52,957 bases of DNA, from the NCBI GenBank assembly GCA_900617105.1, contig UYFQ01000170.1, positions 1 to 52,957 of the forward strand, in the 5' to 3' direction. Below, piece by piece: positions 1 through 11,857 of this stretch (the first letter of the stretch is position 1; each line of letters opens with the position of its first letter). The translations under genes were made by a program, and so were the position numbers. Under the pieces are notes generated by a model, which searched no databases, was not told where the DNA came from, and was given only the letters and a program-made list of their open reading frames with translations. This DNA comes from Hydrurus foetidus (Eukaryota).

Positions 1-1122
1 TGTAGGATGCCTTTGACGTCTTTGATGAGGCCATGATTGATAAGACGCTGAATCTTGCATCATGCTCCAGCTTTTCTTGTAGATGATAAAGCTTTTGATC
101 ATCAGTGACGGGCACGCCACTTGCAACTTTGAGGACTCCGAAGGCCTCTTCGATGGTTGCCACATTCTCCTGAATGGTTTGTGTGGACTTGAGCTTCAGG
201 GAGTGGAGCTGATCCGTTGCCTTCCTGATGTCGCTGTTCTTTGTGCCGTTGATGTGATCGTAGATTGTCTTGAACCATAAGACCGCATCGTTGTCGGCAA
301 TCACACGTTTGATCAAATAATGTAGATCCTTCCCAGTGACCATATTGAGAATAACTAATAAGCGATCCAAATCGTGTAATCTTTTGTAGATGTCATCAGC
401 TGGGATGACATCATACAATCCTTCTTCTGCTAATACCAGTGACCTAGGTGAATACCCTCCAGGGTTCCGAGCAGTAATGACTGGTAACTCACGATCGCCT
501 TTGGCTAATGTAAGAAGTTTACATTCACCTAGAGCGACCATGAACGTTTCCATGTTGTCGCGGTTGTCCTTCCCAGAGTTGGAAAACTTGGGCATCGAAA
601 AGAAGAGTTTCGATTGCGCAGAGGTGGTATCCAAGTATTCTGATATGGGCACCGATAAGATAGAAGAAGCCTTGGGCGTTGAAACACTTGGAATAGAGGC
701 AGATCCAACTGTTGATTTCGGTTGGGAGACCAACGGTGGAGGCTGTTGGATCTTAGAAGACATTATGTCGATGAGCCTTGCCACATCGGCGAAGGAAAAT
801 CTTGTCTCTGCATCCTGAGCCTCCAAATTGTCCGAAAATAAAGTTGTCGCTGTGGCTCCGAGATTCCGCGCCCGAGGTGCTAAAGGTGGTGTCGGAACAA
901 CCTCCTGATTTTGAAGGGCTAATTCCACCTCGTCTAGAAAATCACTATTTGGATTTTCTAAAGGAGGAATTGCTCCTGTCCTAGATCTTGTAACTCGACC
1001 AGTGAAGATGGGTTGAGCTGCTTCGATCAGAGTTCTGAACGGATGTGAAGGAGGTCGGCAAGAGCCGGCGGCGAGTCTGTGTTGGACAGCTCGAACTCGT
1101 CTTCAGATCCATTATCACTCAT
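1..1122 (-). CDS. Ty1/copia Gag N-terminal part; runs off the left edge, apparent frameshift at about 1030-1080
   Basis: Manual translation: minus frame is open from 1102 to the edge (...MPKFSNSGKDNRDNMETFMVAL...AVLWFKTIYDHINGTKNSDIRKATDQLHSLKL...IEEAFGVLKVASGVPVTDDQKLYHLQEKL), resembling copia (UBN2-type) Gag. The ATG at 1122 (MSDNGSEDEFELS) is in another frame. Not in the ORF track because there is no stop in the window. Confidence 0.7.
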
Positions 1123-1200
1123 GATTGCAGGGTTCTGAAAGTTGAGGAAGGAAATTCAGAATCCTGGAATCCACGGCAATCGTTTAATCACTATAAACAA

Positions 1201-1560
1201 TCGCTACCATGTAAGACTAAATACAAGATGTCACCTTCTAGCGTTCGCAGCGAAGGTGGAGAAGCAGCTGCAGGCTACTGTCTCAATTCAGTGAGCTATC
1301 GAGTAGACGAAGCTGTGAAGTACAACGTATTAAATTCTGATTAGAGTTTACAGATAGCCACGCAAAAGAGCTATCAGAACAGTTCATGACAGTGAAACTA
1401 CCTTGAGACAAAGTTCACAGCGAGATGTGTTGTTCATAGCATGTGCTTGAGGAACGTTGCATGAATGCTTATAGTAACGAAGTGTTTTGGCGATACTGAA
1501 GAATCATGAAAGGCGAACGTTCATTTGCGTGAGGTCAGAGGGTTCGTACTAACTGATACA
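1201..1560 (-). mobile_element. Putative 5' LTR (1210-1560) and primer-binding site (1201-1209) of a copia element
   Basis: The minus strand reads TGTATCAG...TCTTACA, then TGGTAGCGA (PBS-like, resembling the complement of an initiator tRNA-Met 3' end), just upstream of gag. The partner LTR is outside the window, so the 1560 boundary is tentative. Confidence 0.55.
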
Positions 1561-1990
1561 TGGCGATAGTACAGGGGTACGTATGCATGTATATGTATAT
1601 GAACGTACATGCGTAAGTACAGTGGTACTTACGTATGTACGCCTATACATCTATGTACTACGCTATTGGCGATCGTACATACGTACATATTATATATGTA
1701 CATACATGTGTAAGTACGTGTGTGTACGTATGCATATAATAATTTGTACTAACATGTGCACGTACGTATGTACGTGTGTGCGTGACCATACAAGTGTACG
1801 CTATGCTATATGCGCGTGCGTACGTACGTACGTACATATTGACTATGTGCGTACATGTGTAAGTACATGTGTGTACGTATGCATAAATGAGTATGCACTA
1901 ACATGTGTAAGTACGTGTGTACGTGTGCATGTTATCATATCTACATGTTTACTTACGTAAGTACGTGTAGCATAACGTACATGTATATAT
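1561..1990. repeat. Degenerate low-complexity tract (TACG/TACA/TGTA-rich)
   Basis: Recurrent gtacgtac, acatgtgtaagtac and gtgtgtacgtatgcata motifs. Confidence 0.8.
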
Positions 1991-2359
1991 TTGAAACTAT
2001 ATTTGCAACTATATTACTACAGACATATCTTGATAGAATCAAGTGGTCTGACACACCCCTATGGCGTGAGTCGTCGGGTAGGGGCTATGTGGATAAAATT
2101 CAAAAATAAAATTCAAAATTGCTCCTTTGACTAGGAGTCGTGTATCACAACATGATGTTTTAGGATAGGGAATTAAGGTAATGGTGAGGTTGACCTATAG
2201 GGTGACGGTAGATACGTAAGTACACACAGGGTAATATTAGTATCGTACGTTCTGGCTGAAACCGTACGAGAGTGAAAGTGATTTTATAGTCAAACAATAG
2301 TATGCTATAAAAATCCTCTTAGCTTTCTGATTGAATAAAGTGATCGAATCCGAATTTCG

Positions 2360-2560
2360 ATCCGGGGCCCAGTCCAGAGTCCTCGCTCCATATAATTCCG
2401 ATCCAGGGTCCAGGGTCCTCGCTCCTGATGCTTGCTCCATGGCTCTCGCTCCATCGTGCTCCTCGCTCCGATATCTCGCTCCATGGTGTCCTAGCTCCCA
2501 ATTCTCGCTCCAGTGTGGGGTTCTCTCAGATTCCGGGTCTGGGGTCCTTGGGTCAGGATC
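2360..2560. repeat. Short degenerate repeats (CTCGCTCC, GGGTC motifs)
   Basis: ctcgctcc recurs about 6 times between 2382 and 2511. Confidence 0.65.
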
Positions 2561-2809
2561 CTCTCACAGTGGGGTGTGGACACGTCTTGTCCGTGTCGTC
2601 CGTACGTACGTCTCCTGATGGTGCACGCAGCAGTCGGGTAGTAGGTAAAGAAGGATGGGCAGCAGTAATGTTGGAAGGGCAGCAGAAATGACGGGGGGTA
2701 GTAGATCGGACGGGAAGTGGCAGTAGGTATGACAGGGCAGCAGTAGGGTGTAGCAGTCATAACAGGGGCAACAGGGGTGATCGGTTCGGTGGAATGAATT
2801 GGCCGGGTC

Positions 2810-4070
2810 TCAATTTTTCTTCTTGACTCCTCGTTGAGTTGTTGTAGGTTTAGATGGGTAGGGGAAGTTGGGGTTGAAGTTGGCTTTTGTTCGTGAGTAA
2901 GTCACGGTGCTGTTGGCGCTGTCCTCGGTCTTGCAACCTTCTGCATAGGTGACGGATGGGGTGGTGGTGTTTAATAGCTCCTTCCTGAGCTTACGGAATA
3001 TTTCCCCTTGTAGTGGCTTGGTTAGGATATCTGCTGTCATGTCTTGTGTAGGTAGGTATTGAATGTCGATGTCTCCGGTGCTCAGTCTGTCGTGTAAGAA
3101 GAAGTACCGTATGTCGATATGGCGCGTACGTTCGCTGTTCGAACGTCCGTTTCGAATCAGCTGTATCGTAGACTGGTTGTTTTGATGGATGAGTGCAGGT
3201 GGTTGGTGGTGTCCTTAGCACTTGGTTGGAGGAGTCGCTAAGTGCAACGAGCTCGGCTTCCGTGCTTGATTTGGTCATCAAGCGCTCTGTGCCGCTCTTG
3301 GCGTAAATCGCTCCCTTCCCCAGGGTATTTACGCAACCTGTGTGGCTTTTTATATCGGGATGTATGGCGAAGGATGCATCGATGTTTGCAAGCACATGTA
3401 TAGGTTCATGTGCTTCAAATGTTACACCCAAGTTCTGGGTACCCCGTATGTACTGTACCGTACCGAACAACTTATTATAGTCGTCCCTTTGGGGCTTTAT
3501 CACTCTCGTGGTCAAAAACGCTACGGCTGTCAGAATATCTGGCCTCAAGTAGAGGAGCTTCGCTGTAATGGAATGGAAACGCTCACGCAAGTTATCGGGT
3601 AAGGGTGAGTCACATTTATTAGGTACAGTGAATAGGTTAGATTGTGCAGGTGTGTTAGCCTTGCCAGGCATATCCTTACACCTCTCAATGAGGTCTTGCA
3701 CAAATTCTTCCACAGTCATCTTGACGCTGCCTGCCTTAGTAAAGTCGAATGTCATACCTATGTAGTTTAAAACTTTGCCGCGGTGTTTGGTTAGACCGGG
3801 ATATATAGTTTCAATTTGCTGAATAACATCGTCAACGCGAGATTCGTTTGAAGCAGTGATAATCATATCATCAACATGAATTACGAGTGAGGTTTGTGTG
3901 TTATCTGATTCAGTTCTATTAAATACGCAGATGTCATATTCATTAGCAGTATAATTGAGTTTAATCAAATCACTGGATAGTTTATCATACCATAGCTTAG
4001 CAGATTCAACGCATCCATATAACGCTTTTTAAAGTTTAACAATACAAGTTTCATTGTTGTTCACGTATTT
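2810..4070 (-). pseudogene. Degenerate copia reverse transcriptase/RNase H fragment
   Basis: Motifs ALYGCVESAKLWY (preceded by an in-frame stop near 4030), HVDD, YIGM, RPDI, IDASFA, KSSTEAELVAL and ADILTKPLQG. Frameshift near 3200; 5'-truncated at about 4070. Confidence 0.9.
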
Positions 4071-4071
4071 A

Positions 4072-4753
4072 TTACTTCTTGGTTCCGAAGCACATGATAT
4101 GGTTATCCACCAAACCACCAGGAATTGATGGAAACGACTCATTAAAAAGGAGAAAATTTGTTCCGCTCTCCGCCAATTTGTACTCGTCAGGCAAGTCAAT
4201 ATCTTCGTAAGTAATCGGGATCCACGGGAACATCAATAGTTTTCGGCGAGAATAGGAACTGTGGAGGGCATCACATGATGGCATGTTCCCTGCAGCAACA
4301 GGATTTGCGAGTTGAATAGGGTTCATGACGCTTGCATAGGCGACAGCTAAGTCCACACCTGACAGTTTTGTATCGAAATATCAGCAGGTAAAGTAAATTA
4401 AAACAAGAATAGATTGAGGTCTACCAACCTTCTGTAGCTCTTACGACAATAGCATTTCTCACATCCCTAACGACGATGTCAGTGGCATTTGTGGTACAGT
4501 ACTCTGCATTGTGCTCTGTTTCCGTTATATTGACTATTCCCAACGACATTTCATCGTGGTCTGCACCAGCGATGGCTTGGTCTATAGAGTACTTTACTTT
4601 TGCTTTACAGCCTTTGGTAGAATTAATACATGCCCAGTAGCATCTCGATATTTCACCATTCGCATTAGTGGTAAATTTCGACTTGGAGAACAGCTTATTG
4701 TTGGACTTCAAAAGTTTGTGTCGTTTAGACGAGAGAGTATTAAACTCAAGCAT
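4072..4753 (-). pseudogene. Truncated Mutator-like (MULE) transposase N-terminus with a FLYWCH/WRKY-like zinc finger
   Basis: YWAC-x5-GCKAKV...EHN zinc-finger pattern, then IP...DIDLPDEYK...NFLLF...IMCFGT, typical of the region before the MULE DDE domain. Probable intron 4359-4428. Cut where it joins the copia RT relic. Confidence 0.65.
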
Positions 4754-4924
4754 AATAGAATTATTTTGTCAATTTAATATGACAAATTATCGCTATCATA
4801 GCATTAAAAAAAATAGATTCAATCAGTGTGGAGCTGTAGCAATTTAATGCAGTGTTAAGGTGTTCCGTTTTTTGCCGTTTTTTTTCATTTTTCATTTCAC
4901 TTTTTCATCTTTCAGTTATAATTG

Positions 4925-5022
4925 GCGAAGTGAGAGTTGAGAAGTGAATGTAGTTGAGAAGCGAGAGTTGAGAAGTGTTCGAGGTTGAGAAGCGGGATTG
5001 GAGAATTGAAATTTGAGAGGTG
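4925..5022. repeat. GTTGAGAAG short repeats, probably MULE subterminal sequence
   Basis: About 5-6 copies of (g)ttgagaag upstream of the MULE ORF. Confidence 0.55.
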
Positions 5023-6811
5023 AGCTACTAGAGTGGTTTACCTCTATAAGCACACCTGATTTCAAAAAATTCTAGGACCCGAAGTTTTTATCACACTCTA
5101 ATTCTGAGTACGTTTTTGAACTCGTCTGTGTCTGAAGAAAAATGTAGGCTATTTTTTCATTTCTTCTGATGACTGGAAAGGCTTCAAACCAGGGGGGTCT
5201 AAATGTTGGGTGCTACCCCTGTGCTTAAATAGAATTAATTAGCTGAAATACACGGAAATGGGTCGAAATTCGTATTCAAATAACCGTTTACGAATTTCCT
5301 TATACGGTACTTTAACGGGATCCGACTAAATTTTATTGTTTACGGTAAAATACTTCACTGGAAACGGTTAGATACGGCCACACCTTGGCGCACTGTAAGC
5401 TGCTGAACATGAGGCATGGGGCATTGACAAGGATCAAAATTGTTCATCAACTATTTAGTAAAAAGTTCTTATTGTTATTGCTGTGAGGAACCATCCGAAT
5501 CTGACATCAAATGCTTAAAAGTGTTCTATGATAATGCATCTAGCGATGATATATTTATGATTGATTCATCATGGTATCAACATTCTCTCTTTAAGTAATA
5601 TGTAATATCTTAATATGTTCATCAATATTGCTAAAACGCTCTCGCCGCTTCATTCCGAACTGTCATTAATGACTTATATAGGCCCTATGAACCCTATATA
5701 CACGATAACATAAGGCGTATACGGAATACAGATATTTCAAGTACGGAATACAGATTTTGATACTTAAATCCGTATTCCCAGGAAATTTAGTGTGCTCTTA
5801 ATTGAAATTTAAGAAACAATTGGGGGATACACCTTTATGGTGGTTCCACCTCTATATGGAGAAAGGTCAAATAATATGGCCCCAGAATTGCAGGGATCCG
5901 GTTCATAATCAACCATGCGAATTATAGAAAAATATCGCAAAGCTCTCCACTCTCGATATCAGGTAGGCAAATGGCATAACATAAAACTATCTCTCACAGA
6001 AAAGCAGATGGGCCATCTCATCTGAATGTCTATCGGCTTGTAGGTTCTGTAATAAAAATTGCGTTTAAAGCTGTGCAAAGAAATTTTTACCACACCCGCT
6101 AAATTTCGAGTGCGTCAGTTTTGAATACCTCGCCGCTTTCGCAAGGAAGCACCAAACTGACTACTTTATTGTCTTTCATGATGTCAAACTGTATGGTCTG
6201 TCCAATCATGCGCTTGGGTAGCACTTTCAATGCTTCTTTAAAAGCAAGTAAACTGTGGAAACCACTTTTTTATGCCTTTTCCCCAGCTTTGAGGAGTTGT
6301 TTGTCTCGGTCGCTCCATCACGCTGTAGGTCAGGAGTATTTCCTGACAGTCGGAAGGTATAATTTCGACTTTATCTGCTGTGTGGAACAGGTAAATCAGT
6401 GTCATATGCCTGTCGGCGGTAGTAATTTTAGTGCATTTTTCTCTGTTGCACATTAAAAGACCACTCCAACTTTTTCGAATTGAGGTGCCAATGAAGAATT
6501 TGATGTGTTGTGTTAGATGGACCATTTTCTATGATAGCGCTGCATTCGAAGTGGATGGTAGTTCGTTCCTGTTGCACGAGAATCAGCTTGTCGACGTGCA
6601 CCTTGGTAGCTACTCTTCAACAAGAGAACTGCTTGTGATGAAGAATTTTAACAAGAACAAGTACACAGACATTGCTTCAAATAGTTCGAACGCAAAAATT
6701 ACAGCCTAAAGAACATGTGGGATACAAATTTTTGTCAATCCTAAATTAAGCGACAAGGATGCAATGTATAAATGAATATTTTTTCTTTTTTTATAAATGA
6801 GAAGTATTTTT

Positions 6812-9800
6812 TTAGAATATTTAAAGCTTAAACTCATGAACACAATTGATCTATCATTTATAATTATCATTATGTCCTAGATATTACTCGTTGGTATTAA
6901 TTTGTCAGTCAGTCGTTCAAACGCATTTCGAGATACCGATACAATTCTGCGCTCGTCTCTGAAATGTAAGAAGCACTTACAGAATAACTGTCGGTGCCCT
7001 CATGTTTTATCTTCTGCACTGTACTAGATGGGTCCGTAGGAATCTATAAATGGTTTGCGGGTGCCCCTTGCATGCATAGAAAGATGAACAACAAAGGTGT
7101 TTCACTCATACCCAAGGTATTAGTGTTGTTTTGTCACGAGAAGTGTTTATGTTAGAATATTTACAGCCTAAACTCATGAACACAATTGATTAATCATCTG
7201 TTTCTTAATGGGTCCTAGATATTACTCGGTGGTATCAAATTTATCAGTCAGTCGTTCAGAATCGGCATTCACTCAAAATGAGTTCGTTCCTGAAACTATC
7301 GCTGGTTGACATATCGCTCGTCAACTTTTTTAATTTTCGAAGGATTAGATTTCACTATGATAAGGACAAAGTGCTCGTCGTGGACCGAGTAGAATGTGCC
7401 GTTTTAACTAGACGATGATAAATAAAATCTCTGTGAGGAAATTTATCAAATCAAAGGTTCAACAATACAATCAGTGATATTCTTACCTGAAGGAACTTAG
7501 ATGTGTCAGTGGAGACATAGTACTCACTTCCTTTTGTTGTTGTCTACTCTTTCTCGGAATGATGTCTTCACACCGTGTATCGACCATGGAGGTTGTTCCT
7601 TTTTAAAAAGTTGAAGAATACTATGAAATGTTCTGTATGCAAGTGGATAGAAGAACAAGTCTTACGTGATATAGTCATGAATCTGGCGCGCCTTTCCTTT
7701 CCAACAGATAAAGACCCTCTTGGCACCGAGTGAGTCGATAGCATACACGTTGCACACGTCCTCAGTCTCCGTATTACTAGTTTTTCGCGGAAAAGACCTT
7801 TTCTCAACGTCTGAGAATCTCAGGACAACGAACGTGCTCACAAGCAAAGCATCATACTCCGATTCAGCACCAGGAATATCAAATTCATCAGAAAGGTCTT
7901 CTTTGATAGCAGATTCGTCGCCTTCCCGAGTGATGTCCTGAGAACTGCTACGTTCTTGAGATCTATCGCTGCTTGACATGGAGCTCGTCGACTTTGTAAC
8001 TTTGGTAATTTTCAAAAGACTTCACTTCACCATGATAAGGACAAAGCGCTCGTCCTGCACCGTGTGTAGTGTAACGTTCAAGAGTCAACTGTCCTAACGA
8101 ACGATTTTAACGAGCGACGTCAATGCTAGTACAGTGACATCTAAAATTTTATGTTCTAGGATCCTTGAAGGTCATGTTGAAGTAAGATGTGACGCGTCAC
8201 CATTGACAGACATTTTTCAACGCGGGTCGTCACATAAATTTCAAAAATATGATCAAAAACCGGTTAATTCATTCGTTAGCTCTAACGAATGAATTAACCT
8301 ATGAACATGCTCCCATGTTCATATGCCACAAGAGCTAAATAGCAGAAAGCCTTCAAACTTCTATGACTTTGTTGAGTGCTTCATAATCGCGATTCGAATG
8401 AGTCTCCTGCGCTTCGTCTTCAGGCAAAGACTGAAGAAGTTAGAAGTTGTCTCCAGCCAAGAAATACAACCTTCATAGCCTCTAAAATTCGACCAAGAAT
8501 AGTTGGCCCATTTGTTATAATAAGTTGCGACCTAGTCCGCGTTGTTGGTTTTCCTTCGAAGCTTCTAACATGGGACGGCTTACACCATTGATTACATTTC
8601 TCAACGATAATATAATCCGAATAGCTTCGTTAATTTCGGAAGGTCAACAAATCTCTTGCTATCCGTTTAACTGAGACGTCCTCCTGGACATTGACGGTGT
8701 GTCAGTCGTCGGCAAGTGACTTCACACGTTTTGCGTTGAATTCAATCCGCTGATCGTCAGTAAGCTTCGGCTGATAATCCCTGTTATGTTCGTCGTTAAC
8801 ATGATCCTCTCGATGACGCTTAAAACAGAGCTTCGAAAAAGTTCCGCTATGAGGATTCTCAGTGCAAAGAATTCTTTTGTAACTGCACATAGTCGGTTAT
8901 GAAAATGTCTTTCCCAGCTAGGATAAATAGCGGATACTCAGCATTGACCAAAACAGAAGTTCAGACTTCGAATATACGGTTGTAATAAATCTGAAGGAGA
9001 TCACAACGGCTATGACGGTAAATACGGCAGACGTTCGGTAAAAAAATACACATGATCTCTCATATACTAAGTAACAAGCAGAATATATCGAAAATTTTCA
9101 AAGATGAATAGACTGAAATCCAAAAAGCTGGCAAAGGTGGGATTATCACGAAAGCCATCAATTGTTTGATCGGAGACCACTAATCGCGAACGACCAATCA
9201 CTAGTATGACTTCGACAACTGACACTTTAGTTGAATTGTGGCGTCAAAAATTATCAGCAACAACAGCGAAATCCAAAAGAACTGCAGCCAAGAATACGCG
9301 GCTTTCTAGAAGAGATATGAAGTCTTTTTCGATGATAAAACATAACAGATGCCAGGTGTTTCGGAGTTTCCAAATCTGCGCTCGTACACAATTACAAGCA
9401 CACAAAATTGTATCTTTATCTCGAAATGCGTTTTAAACACACTGGACTTTAAAAATTAAAAAAACGGTTATGCTTTTTTTGAGTGAATGCCGATCCTGAA
9501 CGACTGACTGATAAATTTGATACCACCGAGTAATATCTAGGACCTATTAAGAAACAGATGATTAATCAATTGTGTTCATGAGTTTAGGCTGTAAATATTC
9601 TAACATAAACACTTCTCGTGACAAAACAACACTAATACCTTGGGTATGAGTGAAACACCTTTGTTGTTCATCTTGCAAGGGGCACCCGCAAACCATTTAT
9701 AGATTCCTACGGACCCATCTAGTACAGTGCAGAAGATAAAACATGAGGGCACCGACAGTTATTCTGTAAGTGCTTCTTACATTTCAGAGACGAGCGCAGA

Positions 9801-10130
9801 ATTGTATCGGTATCTCGAAATGCGTTTTATGCACACCGAACTTTAAAAATTAAAAAAAACGTTCATATTTTTTTTGAGTGAACACCGATTCCCAACAACT
9901 GACTGACAAATTTGATACCACCGAGTAATATCTAGGACATATTGATAATTATAAATGATAAATCAATTGTGTTCATGAGTAACGTAGCAAAACAACACTA
10001 ATACCTTGGGTATGAGTGAAACACCTTTATTGTTCATCTTTCTATGCATGCAAGGGGCACCCGCAAACCATTTATAGATTCCTACAGAAACATCTAGTAC
10101 AGTGCAGAAGATAAAACATGAGGACATCGA
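6812..10130. repeat. Internal inverted repeat (arms about 6812-7278 and 9477-10130), each arm built of partial tandem units
   Basis: 9477-9827 is the reverse complement of about 6918-7278, apart from a small deletion. Further partial copies lie at 9870-10130 and 6812-6920. Confidence 0.85.
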
Positions 10131-10166
10131 CAGTCATTACCTTGATCAGAGGTAATAACATGAGGT

Positions 10167-10975
10167 TCAGACAACCTTGATCTTCGTCTTGATGATAGCA
10201 TATTGACAGGCGTCGTTGGCATCGCTGCATGAAGCCATTGATAGAATTGACGGCTTCAATCATTGACGATAATCACACAACTTACATTTATAAATTGATA
10301 TCTTTAAGTAATGTCTTACCTGGAACGCGTATAGGTTTGTGTGACAACGATTCAGACAACCTTGATCTTCGTCTTGATGATAGCATATTGACAGGCGTCG
10401 TTGGCATCGCTGCATGAAGCCATTGATAGAATTGACGGCTTCAATCATTGACGACGATTATGTAATCTACTTTATTAATTGACGTCATGTAGTAAATTCT
10501 TACTTGGATGTCGTTTGTCATGTGACAATATTTTGGACGACTTTGATGTTCGTGTTGGTGACAACATTTTGATAGGCGTTGCCGGCATCGTATTTTGTTC
10601 GTTCATCACTGCATGAAGCCATTGCCAAATCAGACGGCTTCAATAAGTGACGATTATAACGTAACTTCCAATTATTAACTGACGTCATATAGTAAAGTCT
10701 TACCTGGAACGCATATAACCGACGGTTCATCAAGCGACAACGTATCAGACAACTTTGAACTTCGCCTCGATGACAGCATATTGACAGGGGTCGCCTGCGT
10801 CGTATTTCCTACGTTACGGTACGTGGTCGCTGTATGAAGCCATTGGTAGAAGAATTGACGGCTTCAATCATATAGTAAAGTCTTACCTGGAACGCATATA
10901 ACCGACGGTTCATCAAGCGACAACGTATCAGACAACTTTGAACTTCGCCTCGATGACAGCATATTGACAGGAGTC
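10167..10975. repeat. Degenerate tandem repeat, unit about 180-190 bp
   Basis: cagacaac...gatgatagcatattgacagg...catgaagccattg...gacggcttcaat recurs about 5 times. Confidence 0.85.
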
Positions 10976-11789
10976 GCCGATCGTGGTCCCCCAATAATGT
11001 AAAAAACATCTAATATTCTTCGATAGCATCTTGTTGCGTACTGCAGTACGCAAGATGATGCTATCGAAGAAAATTAGATGTTTTTTACATTATTTTACAA
11101 AATAATTTTTTTTTTACAAAATTAGATGTCCTTACCTTCCGTACACGCAGTGTACGGAAGTTTCAATTTTTCCAGAATTGGAGAGTTCTGAACATAAGAA
11201 TCCATCTCCAAAAGTTACGCGACTGCAGAAATGATTATGCTGTATCGTTGTTTAGAGACACTGATTGTAACCACGATACAGCGACGCTGAGTTGAGAGTG
11301 CCCGTACGAACTGCTCATTGTTATGTACAGTCGAACTTTTCATAAAAATCAGCTGTTTTTTCATTATTTCCCCACTCCTGAAGCGTAACCAGGATAACAT
11401 TGCTGCATTCTTGGGTAACCCTGAGCTGGAGGACCCTGATCAGTTAGTTGCTTGATTAAATTGCATCATGACAAACCTGAAGTAAGTGCTAGAAGGAATA
11501 TTCTTTCCTGAGTAATTAGTGCACTCGATGTTCTTTTGAAGGTGTAATGTTACTCCGTACAACTCTCATGGCCTTGGTGTTCTTTTGAAGGTGTGATATT
11601 ACTCCGTACAGCTCTCAGCTGGAAGCTTCGAAGGCACTACCCTTCTCACTAGACCATACTGTATGACTCCGTACCATGCGTTCTATCAGACCCTGCCGAC
11701 TTGTTCCTTTGCTCGATCCTGGGACTTTTTTGTTTTCTGCTGTGCTAATGACAGAGAGGTGTAGTCCGCATAACCCTTGACGCACCAGT

Positions 11790-11857
11790 GCAAGGGAGGA
11801 TCGAACCCGCGAGTGGCGACAGGTAGATTCGGGCAACTGACCACTATACCAGTGACC
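11790..11857 (-). promoter_or_regulatory. tRNA-like Pol III promoter module (A box + B box); not a foldable tRNA
   Basis: Minus strand: TGGTATAGTGG (11851-11841) and GGTTCGATCC (11807-11798), 33 nt apart. No convincing acceptor stem. Confidence 0.6.

Noticed and set aside
83..1344. Plus-strand ORFs 83-280, 390-818, 778-984 and 1045-1344
   Set aside because: Antisense shadows of the gag frame and LTR.
1583..2760. ORFs in the low-complexity tracts
   Set aside because: Products of short repeats; no recognisable protein features.
11530..11617. Two ~39-bp direct repeats (gttcttttgaaggtgt...ctccgtaca) considered as a CRISPR-like array
   Set aside because: Only two copies, spacer about 10 bp, eukaryotic context and no cas genes.
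11790..11857. Functional tRNA gene (also at 48798-48868)
   Set aside because: Acceptor and anticodon stems do not pair convincingly; kept only as Pol III-like modules.
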